Notes: generated from the sequence alone by a model not told the origin. A stretch of 64,000 nt of DNA from Octopus sinensis (GCF_006345805.1 NC_042999.1:159712001-159776000); one strand, 5' to 3'. Numbered from the stretch's first letter, positions 39,433 to 53,827 are shown. Program-made: numbers and translations.

Positions 39433-39558
39433 CTACGTCATATTCTCTTCCCAGGTGGTTGTATGACCAGCGTTCTTCAAAGTGACAGGTAAAATGCTTT
39501 CAAGTTTCTTTCTTGCTTTTACTTCTTCATCCAAATCTTTGCGAAGTTTTTTCTGTTC
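39433..39558 (-). CDS. ARHGEF7: Last coding exon of Rho GEF beta-PIX (C-terminal coiled coil): EQKKLRKDLDEEVKARKKLESILPVTLKNAGHTTTWEENMT*
   Basis: Acceptor ttaattgcag|GAA, 42 codons ending in TAG. Aligns by eye to the vertebrate beta-PIX end DNKKMKKSLEEEQRARKDLEKLVRKVLKNMNDPAWDETNL. Phase 0 joins the upstream exon. Confidence 0.92.
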   Translation of the reverse strand, partial: EQKKLRKDLDEEVKARKKLESILPVTLKNAGHTTTWEENMT

Positions 39559-41699
39559 CTGCAATTAACAACACAAAATAGACATTTCTTCATATCATTC
39601 AACAAGTACCTTCTACCACCATATTGAGCAATATATAAATGTGTGATACCATATAGGATACATACATATATACGTAAACATTAAAAATTCTATATATGGA
39701 AGAAAATGCAAAACAACAAGAAAGTGAAAGCTAAAATGCTTCAAAATTTCATTTCATACATTTGCTTTTACTTTCACAAATTTAATACTAAAGGTAAAAC
39801 TTTTAGTGAAAAAGAGATCACAGGTAAATGAAAAGAAAACTTTTTAGCTAGATGGTGAATTATTGCATGGACACTAATCATAACATAAGGACATAGAGAG
39901 TGAGAAACATGGGGAAGGAGGAGAGATAGAGAAAGTTGTGAGCAGGCAGAAATAAACAACATATGTATATCATACAGAAAATTTTATTTTTGAATTAGTC
40001 ATGCAAAGGACAATTTATGAAGTAAAGAATGCTTTAACAAACCTATATATATTAGTACACAAACACACACAAACACATATATACATACATACACAGAAAT
40101 GTACACATATGCAAGAATCCATATATAGACACATGTATGTGTATACACACACACAAATACATTTTAAATACTCTCACATACATAGATACATACAGACAGC
40201 TGCATTAGCAAGACTTTATAGAAAGCAACAGAAAGAGTGAGTAACTTTCAGGGAATAGAGTATGTTTCAGGTAGGGTTTTCCTTCAGGTTTGTAATGTCA
40301 GGGAAAAGGTGGATGAAAGACATCCTTTATGTTTGAGCAATTGGCTGCAAGTGACGGGGAACACAAAACAATGAGTAAGCTTACAAAGGCAGGAGGCAGT
40401 AGGAGAGAGAAACCAGGTGAGAAAGAGAGATGGGGAGAAGGAATAGGAAATGAAAAGTAGAAGAGAAGTGAATAAGGGTGAGGTGGAAGAAAGATTTCAG
40501 GATAACAATAAAACTGAGAGGCACAGACTACCACTACACAAACAAGCAGTAACTAATTACGAATTAACAACAGTAATGAGATTGAAGAATATAAACTGGA
40601 AGCAGGGTTCACAACAAAACTTAAATAAATCTTTACCATCTACATTAATAAACAATTACATGAGAGAATAATAACATGAGAGACTAAAACTGGAATTGAA
40701 AGCAAAACCTACCAATCTCATATTAGTGATGGATGATGTAACTAAGATACAACTGGTAGATTTTTAGACATCAAATACTTTAGTATACTATGCAGCAATT
40801 ATCAGTCATCAACAGATGGGATAATGAGAAAAGAAAACAACCAAAATGGATGACCACTTTTAAGACAAATATCAACAAACTAAGAAAAAGTGCAAAGTGA
40901 ATAGTAAATTAACTAACCAGAAGCAGTGACTTAACTGTGGATTATCTAAAGCTTATGAGAACTGTCAAGCAGAGACACTAATGGACAAGCTGTCCTTAAA
41001 CACAAACTGTGGGCAGTAAGCGATAAACTTTGTTATTGTAATATACAGTTTGAATGCTAGGTCATCCCATCAAGATCATAAAAAAAAACTCCTCCCCAAG
41101 ATGACATAGAGTCTGGAATGTAAAGAAATAACACAACTACAATGCAACATAGTTAAGTGAGCACTGTGCAAATGTCTCCTAAAACTTATGCAAACAACTT
41201 TATGTCAACAAGTGCCATGCAAAACTACTGAATGGAAAATCACCTAGGAAAGACCTGGTAATCATTTGTTGGTAAGGAAATCTCACATCCTATAGAACAG
41301 CCCTTATTAACCTGTCCAAGTAACGAATACTGAGATTGATGTGCGAGACTAGCTGACAGTTGCATGTACAAGACTAGAAGCTAAAAAACCAGGAGATACA
41401 TGTGGTCAAAATCTACAGGCTCATAACATGGTTCAATGTGATGTATAAATTATACACAGGTCACTTTACCATATTCCTCTAGCATTCCTGTAAAAGAGAC
41501 AGTGTGATGGCTGATGAGCAAGCAAGAGGAAAGAAAGAATTTGAAGCTGGGTCAAACAACTCCACACCAACAAGCTGTTGCTAAGGAGTCTAGACAGCAC
41601 TGCTGAAACTGACAGTGGTCTATATATAGGGTGAGTGATTACATACATATACATACACACATCATAGGCACACAGGCATCAGTGTGTGGTTAAGAGGTT

Positions 41700-41952
41700 C
41701 AAAGTGTCTTTTACTATATATTTCTTTATTGCCCACAAGGGGCTAAACATAGAGGGGACAAATAAGGACAGACAAAGGGATTAAGTCGATTACAACGACC
41801 CCAGTGCGAAACTGGTACTTTATTTATCAACCCCAAAAGGATGAAAGGCAAAGTCGACCTCGGCGGAATTTGAACTCAGAACGTAGCGGCAGACGAAATA
41901 ACGCTAAGCATTTCACCTGACGTGCTAACGATTCTGCCAGCTCGCCGCCTTA
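41700..41952 (-). mobile_element. SINE family B
   Basis: Reverse-complement match. Further decayed copies at ~16360-16490, 24925-25075 (-), 42860-42910 (-) and 43238-43430 (+). Confidence 0.85.
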
Positions 41953-43753
41953 AAAGTGTCTTTTATTATAGCCTTGAAGTGACCAAAGCCTTGTAAATGG
42001 ATTTCGTAGATGGAAACTGAAAGAAGCCTATCACACACACACACACACACACACACAGTAGTAGCAACAGCTCTGTCCTTGAGCATTCATCCAAAAGAAA
42101 ATTTCAGCCAGGCTGTGGATGAACACACCTTTAGATATAATGGACAGCAATGCTTTACTGATGCTGTTGGAGATGTATACATATAAGCATCCAGTGTTGC
42201 TCTCCCAATGTAAGCTTAAATGAATGACAAGTATAGCTACGAAAGAATAATGCAACCACACACGGTACAAGTGAGATATCTCTGGACCCTCTATCATGCA
42301 GACCTTCACAGCCAACAGTTTTCAAACAGCATGTTTCACTGTTTGATAGAAAATTCAGATTTTCTTCAGTTGCCAGCCATTGTCTCTAATTATAGAACTG
42401 CCATGTGCATTTATCCAATGTGAAATGTTCCCAATGAACAAAGCTGGTATTTAAGAACTAAGGGTAAAAATTTTTGTGATGTTAGGAAATCTCTTTTTGG
42501 TTTGTGCTGAGTTAGCTTACCAACAAATAATTCTCCAGAAAGTAATCACTTCAGACACCTGAAATCATAAAAATGGATGACATGACCAATCTATTGTATA
42601 TGGTAATTGATGAGGTGAGCTTCATACTGAAACAGCCCACCTTTAATAGCACTTCAGTATCAGGTGTAAAAGAATTTCCAAGTGATGTTTAATATACACA
42701 TTAGACACTTAGGATGAAATCTCTCAAGTATTTAGACATATCGTCTATATAGTGTCCATGTTTCAAATGAGAATAGTAGGGATGTGAAAGGAAAAATACA
42801 GATGAAAGCACAAATCATAGATGCAAAGCTATTTCACCAATCTCAGATAGATGAAAAGCAAAATTAGCCTCGGTAGGATTTGAACTCAGAACAAATACTG
42901 AAGGCATTTTATCCAACACTAATGATTCTGGTACAAATAAAACAATGCCAACACTGGTAAGTACAAGCTGAAGACAAATAATGAACTAGCATTTTATAGT
43001 TATCTTCTATCATCACTAGAATGACTTTGAGTGCTGATTCCATCACCTAATGTACTTAATTTGAAAATCACAGAATTAAACATACTGAAAAGTTGTTGTT
43101 TTTTTTAATAAGTCTCCAATTTAACTCTTCAGCAGACAACAAAAAAATACTCATTTTAGACAACATCATACAATAAAAATACATCTAGGAGCTTGGAATT
43201 AAGTTTGTAACTATTCAGAATAGTCACAAGCTTAATGAAGGTGGCAAGCTGGCAGACTCGTTAGCACACCACGCAAAAATGCTTAATGACATTTCATCTG
43301 TCTCTACATCCTGAGATCAAATTCTGCTGAGGTTGACTTTGCCTTTCATCCTTTAGTTGAGCACTGGAGTCAATGTAATTGAATTAACTCCTTCTCCCAA
43401 ACTCATTGGCCAAATGCCAAAATTTTGAAACGAATAGTTACAAACTTAATTCCAAGTTAAGAATTATATATAATTAACTAAATAACTAAACTTACATCAC
43501 AAGATTGAGAAATTAATTAAAATTTTACAATAAAGAATTATAGAATTCAGAAAAGGATTATAGAATTGTTTTTAGGCTTTACCAAATGAAAAAGAATTAG
43601 CATATATTTGCAAAAAATTCATTTGGTTTCAGCAAAAAAATCTCAGGTAGCCAGAATAAATGATAAAAGGATGAAGTGTGAGAAAATAAACAAAGCCGAA
43701 AGATCTGTATCAATTATACTTCAGACAGAAACAAACACAGGGATACTACGCAC

Positions 43754-43808
43754 CAGACTTAATTCTTTCAGATGATCTTTCAAAGTGTACACTGTGTCAA
43801 CCAGTCCC
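43754..43808 (-). CDS. ARHGEF7: beta-PIX coding exon (K)GLVDTVYTLKDHLKELSL
   Basis: ttatttgtag|G...CTG|gtgcgt; 55 nt, phase 2 to phase 0. Matches beta-PIX SLVDTVYALKDEVQELRQ. Confidence 0.93.
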
Positions 43809-44768
43809 CTACAAATAAGAATAAACAATGCAATGTTATATTTGTCCTGAAACAAATATTCGGTAGATTTACATCTCTGTGAGAAGAGAAAGTGTCGACA
43901 GCAGCTTAAATATATGAATGAAGTCTAAACAAGTCTAAACAAGCTTGTTTGTATCAAATTAAAACTGACACCTCAACCTAACGAACAATGAATCCACAGC
44001 AGTTCGACAATTTCTGAGATAACATATGTTTGTTGGAAATAAATGCATAATTCATTACAATATCACATAATTCATTACAGAGGTCAATCAAACACCTTGC
44101 ATTTGTACATGTGTTTGTGCAACAATGCATGTACCCCCTGCATATATATATCTTGCTTTAAATTCTCACTTCTCCCTCTTTATCTGACCTGGCCCTCATC
44201 ACCTTTTTCCTATTTCAACGGATGTAGGAGTCTCTTACAAATGTTACTCTTCCTCTCTGAACTTCAACCTCCGACACACAGCCCCTAACCACCTCATACA
44301 TATTTCCATCCCCCATTTTTCTCCATACCAACATGGTGGACTACTATATTCATGTCATGGCACGTAAAAAACACCATCCGTTCGTGGCCATTGCCAGCGC
44401 CGCCCCAACTGGCCTCGTGCCGGTGGCACATAAAAAGCACCATCCGATCGTCGCCGTTTGCCAGACTCGTCTGGCACGTAAAAAGCACCCACTACACTCA
44501 TGGAGTGGTTGGCGTTAGGAAGGGCATCCAGCCGTAGAAACATTGCCAGATCAAACTGGGCCTGGTGCAGCCTTCTGGCTTCCCAGACCCCAGTTGAACC
44601 GTCCAACCCATGCCAGCATGGAAAGCGGACGCTAAACGATGATGATGATGATTCAATTTAGAAGTCCACCATGGACCTGATTGACAACACTTCTATACTC
44701 TCTCTCTTTCAAGTATAAAGTTCATTAAATACAATAAATAGTCATTAGATGTTTGAAAGTTATTAGAT

Positions 44769-44807
<39 letters not shown>

Positions 44808-45623
44808 AACTGCCATTCTGTAACATTTCTAAGGCTTTTGGTCTCACCATCAAAACTTGAAGACTAAAAGCAAAACATTCTTTAATATCACGTTATCTTG
44901 AAGAGCAGATATACCATGATGCAACATTTTCGATAGCTTCCAAAATTTCCTTTACATTATTATCTTGGTGGTTTTCCCTTGATTTTTCAAACAAGCCCTA
45001 GAAGGAGATTCTGTCTACTAATTGGATGAATAATCTCCATTAACTGAAGTTTCGCATCTCACTATATTCCTTTGACTATACACATTATCAATATGATGAC
45101 AAGCAGCTGGTTTTACAAAATTAGTCCTGAATATGTTTGAAATGGAGGCTTTAGCACATGCTGTTTGCAGTAATGACTAATTTAACATGTAGGAAGTCAC
45201 ATTACAATTCTCATACACTAGAGTATGCAAATTGGCTAGCTATTTATCTCTCTCTCTCTAACACATACACATGCAACAGTCTCTTATATAAATAGGAACA
45301 AATTCAGTTTTACATACATAAAATTTGATAGAAATAAATATTTGTAAATACATTCAAATATTCAATATACATTATATGACAATATAGCAAACTGATTTCA
45401 ATTTTGTAATCTTACGGTCACCATAATAAAGCTACATTAACCCTTTCATGACCAACCCAGCTGAAACCAGTTCTGGCTCTGTAGTATAAATGTCTTGTTT
45501 TCATAAGTTCTGAATTAAAATCAGATACATCACACCTCACTTAAAAACCTACACTCTTGCTGTCCAGGAACAGGAAATAGCAACTAAATATCTAATCAGC
45601 AGAAGAAGTAAAGGTGCCTTTAA

Positions 45624-45844
45624 CCCTTTCGTTACCAACCTGGCTGAAACCGGCTCTGGCTCTGAGTACAAATGTCTTGTTTTCATAAGTTCTGAATTAA
45701 AATCTTCCCCCAAACCTTAGTCACAATTTATGTTCCTAACATCAGCTGAATGATAACTAAGTTATTTTACTAAATTCTTTGTTATATTTAAGATTAATTG
45801 AAAGAAACACAGAGCATCTCAAAATAAATACAGTAATGAAAGGG
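45624..45844 (+). mobile_element. piggyBac-type MITE
   Basis: TTAA|CCCTTTCGTTAC...GTAATGAAAGGG|TTAA; a partial copy lies at ~45438-45505. Confidence 0.85.
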
Positions 45845-46631
45845 TTAACTTATTTCAACTGCTCCACCATACACTTCACAGTCTTAGTCATTCTCATCAA
45901 AAGTTGCAAAATGTTGATGTATGTTCATGGTTTTACAATAAGAACCCTAGTCCTATCAATAGTCTAAATATTAGAATATTTTCAACTTGGAAGAATCAGT
46001 CAAACCATAAGAGATAATTCAACCTCCATCAACAGCCCCAATTCCAGAGCAGAGCATACTGAATTTTAATAATAAAAACTTCATGTGAATCACTGCCAGA
46101 ATGATCTCATAATGTGTTCTTTCACAATATCATGTATTTCGAAGTCCCTATACACTATTATCAGATACTTGTTAACCCAATGCTGGACTCATCTGTATTA
46201 TCAGCAGGTTTTGCTTTTTATCTTGTTGGGTTTCTAATAACCTACCAGCAGTTGAGACTGTTATTGCTAACCAATAACCTGACCACATAATAGGTTGCAG
46301 TGAATTCACTGCAACCTACAAATTACTAGTAGCCTTCAAAGTAACTTGGCAAAAAAAGTTACATCAATATTTAATAAACAAGCTAAACACCTGAATTCAG
46401 TGAGTCTAAAAATTGTTTCGGATCACATTTATTGCTATTTATCATTAACCACCTTAACTCAGTTGCAACTTTCAAAAAATGCAATAAATTTCAACTTGTT
46501 CTGTTCTAGATATATCACAAAACTTTATATAACCATTTCTTTTTTTAATTATCAAAAAACACAAAATTTGTATTAATCATATTGAAAATGAAAACCTTAA
46601 AAAACAATATTGACAAAAAACATAGACATAC

Positions 46632-46716
46632 TTTTCCTTGAAGACGAATTCTTCCCCGTCCACATCATCAATTATTTTTTCCTCTTCAGCGATAAGCACA
46701 TGGGGGCTATATATTG
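46632..46716 (-). CDS. ARHGEF7: beta-PIX coding exon IYSPHVLIAEEEKIIDDVDGEEFVFKE(K)
   Basis: ggcttccag|CA...AA|gtatgt; 85 nt, phase 1 to phase 2. Matches beta-PIX APQVLLPEEEKII...IEEK. The frame is continuous through all three exons. Confidence 0.92.
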
Positions 46717-47851
46717 CTGGAAGCCATTAAAAGCAAATTAATAGTTACAATTTATTATACAAAAGTCAAATGCTATTTCCATAATTTTTCTTCTTAAAAA
46801 TATATAAAGCTTTAAAATAGAATATAACATGTAAAATATGAGACCAGATCTAAACTTTTAAAACAAAATTTTTAATGCAATTCTTAAAGGTGAAAGAAAA
46901 AATATTTGACTTCAGAAAATACAATTAAAAGAACAGCTTCATTGGGATATGTAATATGACAAATAAGATTAAAAAATGGCAAGCAATCAGAAAAATAAAT
47001 TGCCAATTTTCTTTTTAATAGAAAATATTAAAGGTGTACATTATGTGAGAGTTTAAAAAAATACGTAGTTATATTTATTATTGAGAGAAAAGGCAGCATG
47101 TACATGCATCTGTAGATCTGATCCACAAAAGAAATTTAGAATTGATTCTAAGTTTATCTGTGAAACAATCAAAAGGGGATTCTGATACCAGATATGACAT
47201 GAAATATTCAAAGAAGCAGAAGTCAGAAAAGAATGACCTCTACAAAAATAACAAGAATTATGTTTTAGCTGCTATCATATTTAAAAAACAAAATTTTAAG
47301 CAAGATTGAAAACCAAAGAAAACAAACAACAGAAACTGTAATATGGCTTATTCAAATTCACTAAGACAAATATCTTTGCATGCTTAGCAACTGTTCAAAT
47401 AAAGTTAAAAGCATCTTTCAAAATCGTATTTCAGTAAATCCTTAATTAAATCAACAGTGAAAACATTAAAGCTTTTGATAAAATTAATTTTAAAATATCC
47501 AATGTTGATGGTGTGAGGTTACTAATCGTGTTATTCAAGAAAAGAATTTAGAATTTCTTGGCAAAATTCAATATAGAATTTGAAAATTTCATTTTACATC
47601 AGAAACTTGAATAAAATCTTAGAGACAGTAACTGGCTAATTTTCTTTAGTAAGAGTCCGATATCAGAGGATTACCTTTATTTAAGAGCTTAGCTTTCGTA
47701 AGAGAAACACTAAAAACTGTTCTAGTATGTTGAATTTCTATAATACCTGGTTGAAAGTTGTTTCTAGAAAGATAAGGGAACTAAGCAGTGAGGTTAAAAC
47801 TCAAAGCTGGTTCTGAAGGACATGATGATGTGGGGTTAGGGTTAACCATAC

Positions 47852-47908
47852 CAAAATCAAATGGATGCTGTGATGAAGACAGTGATGACATTTTGAATAC
47901 ACATTTTC
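47852..47908 (-). CDS. Weak candidate cassette exon (KCVFKMSSLSSSQHPFDF)
   Basis: 57 nt, phase 1/1, good donor G|gtatgg but poor acceptor (aaaaag). Confidence 0.18.
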
Positions 47909-48919
47909 CTTTTTTAAATACAGAGGGTACAAAAAAAGTGTATGAGTGAATTACAAATGGTCGTTTCAGGCCCATTAATATCATGGCACAAATTTATTGC
48001 TAAATCTGAGAAAATACATTGTAAACAATTACCTTTAAAATTTGCATAAATTCTTGGGGGGTAAAAACTCGAAATGATAAGTTTAAGAACAAAAATACAA
48101 ATGTGACAATTGCACTCTGTTAGAATGATTGTAAGCACTAAAATCAGACATCCCTGTATTTACATTTACTTCATTATCTTATAACAATTTGCTATCAAAG
48201 ACTTGCCATGTGTATTACAAACTATATTACAAATTCCTCTCCCAGTTGAGAGATCATTGTTTTGAAGGTGCTGGTGCCACATAAAATGCACTTATACCAG
48301 TGTCACATAATATGCACCCATGCTAGTTACACATAGAAGGCCCCCCAGCACACTCTGTAAAGTTGTTAGTGTTAGGGGTGGGCATTCAGCTGTAGAAAAC
48401 ATGCCAAAACAGACAACTGGAGCCCGGCCAGCTCCTGTCAAACCATCCAACCAATGGAAAACATACATTAAATGATGGTGATGATGATAGGCACAGGGCC
48501 GAAAATTTGAGGGGACAGAGATAGTAATTACATCAACCCCAGCGCTCAACCCTAAAAGATTGAAAAGCAATGTTGATCACAGCAGAATTTAAACCCAGAC
48601 TGTAAATCATCATCATCATAATTTTGTGTCTGTTGTCCATGTTGGCATGGGTTGGATAATTTCACTGGTCTGGCATGCTGGGAGGCTGCACCAGACTCCA
48701 GTCTGATTTGGCATGGTTTTCTATGGCTAGATGCCCTTCCTAATGCCAACCACTCTGTGAGCGTAATGGGTGCTTTTATGTGCCACTGGCACTGGTGCAA
48801 TTTGCATGATACTGGGGTGCGTCTATGTACTAATTTGCATGACACCAGTATCTGCCACAACTGCGATTTTACTTGGCTTGACAAGTTTTCTTCTCAAGCA
48901 TGACATAATGCCAAAGTTC

Positions 48920-49640
48920 TTCATCATTGCCTCCATGGGGCCCAACACTTGAAAGGAACTCAGCAACCTTGCCTCCATGAGGCCAACAATCAGAAGGAAC
49001 TCAGCCACCTCACCTCTGTGAAGCCTAATACTCGAAAGGAACTTGGCTGTTTTGCCTCCATGAGGCCCAAAGTTCAGCATGGGTGCACTTGGCTTGATGG
49101 GTTCTCTCAAGCACAGCACATTGCCAAAGGTCTCGGTCACTAGTCATTGCCTCTGTGAGACTCAAAGTTTGAAGATCATGCTTCACCACCTTGTTCCATG
49201 TCTTCCTGGGTCTACCTCTACCAGAGGTTCCAGCCACAGTTAGAGATAAGCACCTCTTTACATAGCTGTCCTCATCCATATGCATCACATGACCCTACAA
49301 GTGCAGTTGTCTCTCTTGCACACCACATCTGATTCCTTTTATCCCTAACTTTTCTATCAAGATGCTTACACTCTATCAAACATGCACACTGACATTGCAC
49401 ATCCAGTGAAGCATACTGGCTTTATTTCTCTCAAACCTACGCATGTCCTCAGCTGTTATTGCCCATGTTTTACTGCCATGCAAGCATAGCTGTTCGTACA
49501 CAGGAATCATATAATCTGCCTTTCACTCTGAGAGTGAGGTCCTTTGTTGCCAGCAGGGGTAGGAGCACTCTGAACTTTGCCCGGCCTAATCTTAGCATTT
49601 TGTCTGGTGTGCTAATGATTCTGCAAGCTTATAGTTCAAA
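48920..49640 (-). mobile_element. RTE LINE 3' fragment
   Basis: GRGRPRKTW...DRDLW motif in ORF 49025-49288. Confidence 0.8.
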
Positions 49641-50352
49641 ATAATAATAAAGCCCAAATGGGGGTAAGGTGGATAGTTATCACAATAACTATCAAGATTC
49701 AATTGCTTTAGTTTTTCAACTTTTCTCTCTCACACACACAGTCTTCCTCATTAAAATTCTTTGGCAATCAAGTAGAACTAAATAATATATAATATGGATG
49801 CCCCCCTTTCCTGTTTACAATAATTAAAAAAAAAAGTGTTTTGACCAATTATTAAAACACAAACACAAATTAAAAATTAAGATAAATTATGACACCAAAT
49901 TTTTTTTTATTTTTCATTCTATCTTTGTATTTTCATTGTCTGAATCTTGACAGCTAATCCAGAGAAATTTGACACTTCTACAATAAACTATAGAATAAAG
50001 ATAAATGAAAACATTGAACTTCACTATTTTCTGTAGCTTATCAGTTAAAAGAGACATCAGTTTTATCTGGACTTTGTCAACAAAAATATTAGAATGAGAG
50101 GAATTTAATTTTTTAACTTAAATGTTTCTAGCATTTTACTCTAATTTCTGAAAAATTCAGCTGAATTTTATCTCCAATTAAATATTTCATTACATTTTGT
50201 AATGAATTCAAAAACTTTTCAGTAGTCTGTAACCAAAAATTCATATGTTTATCTCTTGCTTGAGAGTAAAGCAGCTAAATGAGCCAATGTGCTAATAATG
50301 TTTCAGTATAATCTCTATAAAATTGTATCTTAACCTTTTTGTTACTCTATTT

Positions 50353-50760
50353 GCGCAGGAGTGGCTGTGTGGTAAGTAGCTTGCTAACCAACCACATGGT
50401 TCCGGGTTCAGTCCCACTGCGTGGCATCTTGGGCAAGTGTGTTCTGCTATAGCCCCAGGCCGACCAATGCCTTGTCAGTGGATTTGGTAGACGGAAACTG
50501 AAAGAAGCCTGTCGTATATATGTATATATATGTATATGTATGTGTGTGTTTGTGTGTCTGTGTTTGTCCCCCTAGCATTGCTTGACAACTGATGCTGGTG
50601 TGTTTACGTCCCCGTCACTTAGCGGTTCGGCAAAAGAGACTGATAGAATAAGTACTGGGCTTACAAAGAATAAGTCCTGGGGTCGATTTGCTCGACTAAA
50701 GGCGGTGCTCCAGCATGGCCGCAGTCAACTGACTGAAACAAGTAAAAGAGTAAAAGAGAG
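50353..50760 (+). mobile_element. SINE family A
   Basis: Full-length match. Confidence 0.88.
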
Positions 50761-52607
50761 AGAGAGAGTATATCCTACTTCAACAGATATTTTCTTTTTT
50801 CTGTTGAAGCAGGTTATTAATCCCTTCAGCCATTACCCCTGACAGATCAACTGTTTCCCCTGCCTTCATATCTTATTGCACTATTACTGTACATGACTAT
50901 TCCCTACTGGATTTACTTAAGAGTAAACCCATTCTCTTTCATGCATTCTCCTCATTCAGCAAACTATTGTAACAACATTTCCAAACCAGCTCTTCTTTTC
51001 AATAATAATATGTGCTACTATTGTCCCATGGTCACTTCTTTCCAACGAAATTCTAATTTTTCTTTCATGCATTACCATTCAAATCAAAATACCTCATTCA
51101 GGCCTCTGATTCTCATATCACAGAACATTAAAAAAATTCTTGTTATGCTTCTCACTTGCTCTCTACAATTTGCTTAGAAGCTTGCTCTCTTCTAGGCCTT
51201 TTCAGGACAGTCTGTTAGCTTTTATGGTGTTATCTACATTACTTTTCCACCACCCTTCTAACTGGGTAGTGGCATCAGCTTTCAATTTGGTCTGTCACTA
51301 ACAGCAGGGTGTTCTGTAGTAACTCGCAGTTGTCTTCTGAATTATTAGCCTCTATCTCACCCCTTCTCATCTTCATCACTTTGTACTTCTTTCAACCTTT
51401 AGAATGGTTGACAAATCTCTCTCATCTTACATAATGTCCATCTTTAAAGTGCCTTGTGTTTTTGCATTGTCCTAAAGCCACTAACTGCTAACTGGTGTTG
51501 GGTGCTACATTCTTCCCCAAGGAAACACTCAGCATTCAAAACCATTACTGCACCCCATTTCCAAGAGAATATAGAGTAAATGTCTTAATGTTCACCTGAT
51601 TGGTAGATGATCTGGTGGTTAGCCACCTTCTAGGAGTTAGTGTTAGAAATAGTTAATTCATTTGCATCACAGTGCTCCAGGACCCAAAGCATATCAAGAG
51701 AAGGAATTTATTAATCACAGAAAAGAAAAAGAAAAAAGAGTTGACACTAATGTGATTTGTACTCGGCTACAAAAAAGAAAATTTGCATATAACTGGCCAT
51801 GAAATTCAATTGTAATAACCCTTACAGGATGCAAAGTCAAGTAGTGGAACCAGTACAGTGACGTTATGAAAAGGTTTAGACAAAAGCATTATTGATAAAA
51901 CCTGCAAGGGCAACTGAAGTAGGTCATAGCAAGTATTTAATGCCCAGAATGAATACAATAATAATAATGATACAACATTATTTTATTGGCTCTGAAATAA
52001 AAATCAGAAAATATAAGAAATCAGAAAGAAACATAGTTATTGTAGATAAAATGCAAATAAATGCAAAATCTAATACAGGAGAACGAAAAGGGAGAGTTTA
52101 TCCAGGGTAGACATTTGGAAAACTGTTCTTGTTATGATTGCATGCCATTCATAAGAAAATAATAACCATAAAATTACACATAATTGCACACTTGGGAGAA
52201 AAATTATATCACACACAAACAAGAAGGAAAAAAAAGAGAAAAACACAAACATTTAACGAAGGCGGATAAATGGAGATGCAATTAAAGTTTCATTTTATAG
52301 ATGAAACATTAAAGACTTTCTACTAAAGATGTCTTTCTCTTTCTTGCTTTCTCTCTCTCTCTCTCACTCACTCTCTCACACAGACACATCGATAGACAGA
52401 TGGACTGAGATTACATAACTTATATTTTTCAAATTTATAATAAAAAGATAGCCTTTAATGATGATGTAGCATTGGACTTAAGCCAATTTTCGCTAAACGT
52501 TTTTTGTGCAACTGAACTTTCCAACCCTTTGGCAAGCAAGAGATAAGGAAGTATGTATGAGTGCACACACATGTGTGTGTGCATATAAATATTTATACCT
52601 ATATGTG

Positions 52608-52663
<56 letters not shown>

Positions 52664-52905
52664 ACACATGTATATATACACATGTATATATATACTTGTA
52701 TATATATATATATATACACACACATGTATATATATGTATACATATATATATACATACATGTATATATATATATACAAGTATGTATACATATATGTATGTA
52801 TATATATATGTATATATACCTATATATATATATATATACACATATGTATACATACATATATACATGTATATATATGTATACATATATATACACACATATG
52901 TTTAC

Positions 52906-52966
<61 letters not shown>

Positions 52967-52975
52967 CAAGTAAGT

Positions 52976-53280
52976 GGAGGTGCAATGGCCCAACGGTTAG
53001 GGCAGCGAACTCGTGGTTGTAGGATCGTGGTTTCGATTCCTAGACCTGGCATTGTGAGTGTTTATTGAGCAAAAACACCTTAAAGCTCCACGAGGCTCCG
53101 GCAGTGGGAGGTGGCGATCCCTGCTGTACCCTTTCGCCACAACTTTCTCTCACTCTTCCTTCTGTTGGCCTGCTCGCTTAGCCAGTAGGGTGGCTTCCAT
53201 TGGAGGCTAAAACAATGCGAAGCGCATTGTGACCAGCGATGTGTAACAACATCTGATAGCCTGGTCGGTCACAGTGATAT
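52976..53280 (+). mobile_element. SINE family C, tail type 1
   Basis: Family match. Confidence 0.85.
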
Positions 53281-53342
53281 ACACACATATATATATATAT
53301 ATTATATATATATAATATATATACACACACACATGTAAATAC

Positions 53343-53374
<32 letters not shown>

Positions 53375-53375
53375 G

Positions 53376-53412
<37 letters not shown>

Positions 53413-53413
53413 G

Positions 53414-53499
<86 letters not shown>

Positions 53500-53826
53500 A
53501 GGGCGCGTGGCTTAGTGGTTAGGGCATTCGGCTCATGATCGTAAGGTTGTGAGTTCGATTCCCGGCGACGCGTTGTGTCCTTGAGCAAGACACTTTATTT
53601 CACGTTGCTCCAGTCCACTCAGCTGGCAAAAATGAGTTGTACTTGTATTTCAAAGGGTCAGCCTTGTCACTCTCTGTGTCACGCTGATTATCCCCGAGAA
53701 CTACGTTAAGGGTACACGTGTCTGTGGAATGCTCAGCCATTTGCACGATAATTTCACGAGCAAGCTGTTCCGTTGATCGTATCAGCTGGGACCCTCGTCG
53801 TCGTAACCGGCGGAGTCTTTTTTTTT
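53500..53826 (+). mobile_element. SINE family D (tRNA-like head, CORE-like CCTTGAGCAAGACACTT)
   Basis: A/B boxes and T-rich end; 3' half shared with 61915-62110. Confidence 0.8.
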
Positions 53827-53827
53827 A

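Noticed and set aside
44860-44990. EILEAIE peptide resembling the beta-PIX GIT-binding motif
   Set aside because: Lacks AYC, hits a stop, and lies downstream of the PHVLI exon (wrong order).
53500-53575. tRNA gene
   Set aside because: tRNA-like SINE head: continues into a CORE-like body and lacks a proper acceptor stem and terminator; the same applies to the other SINE heads.
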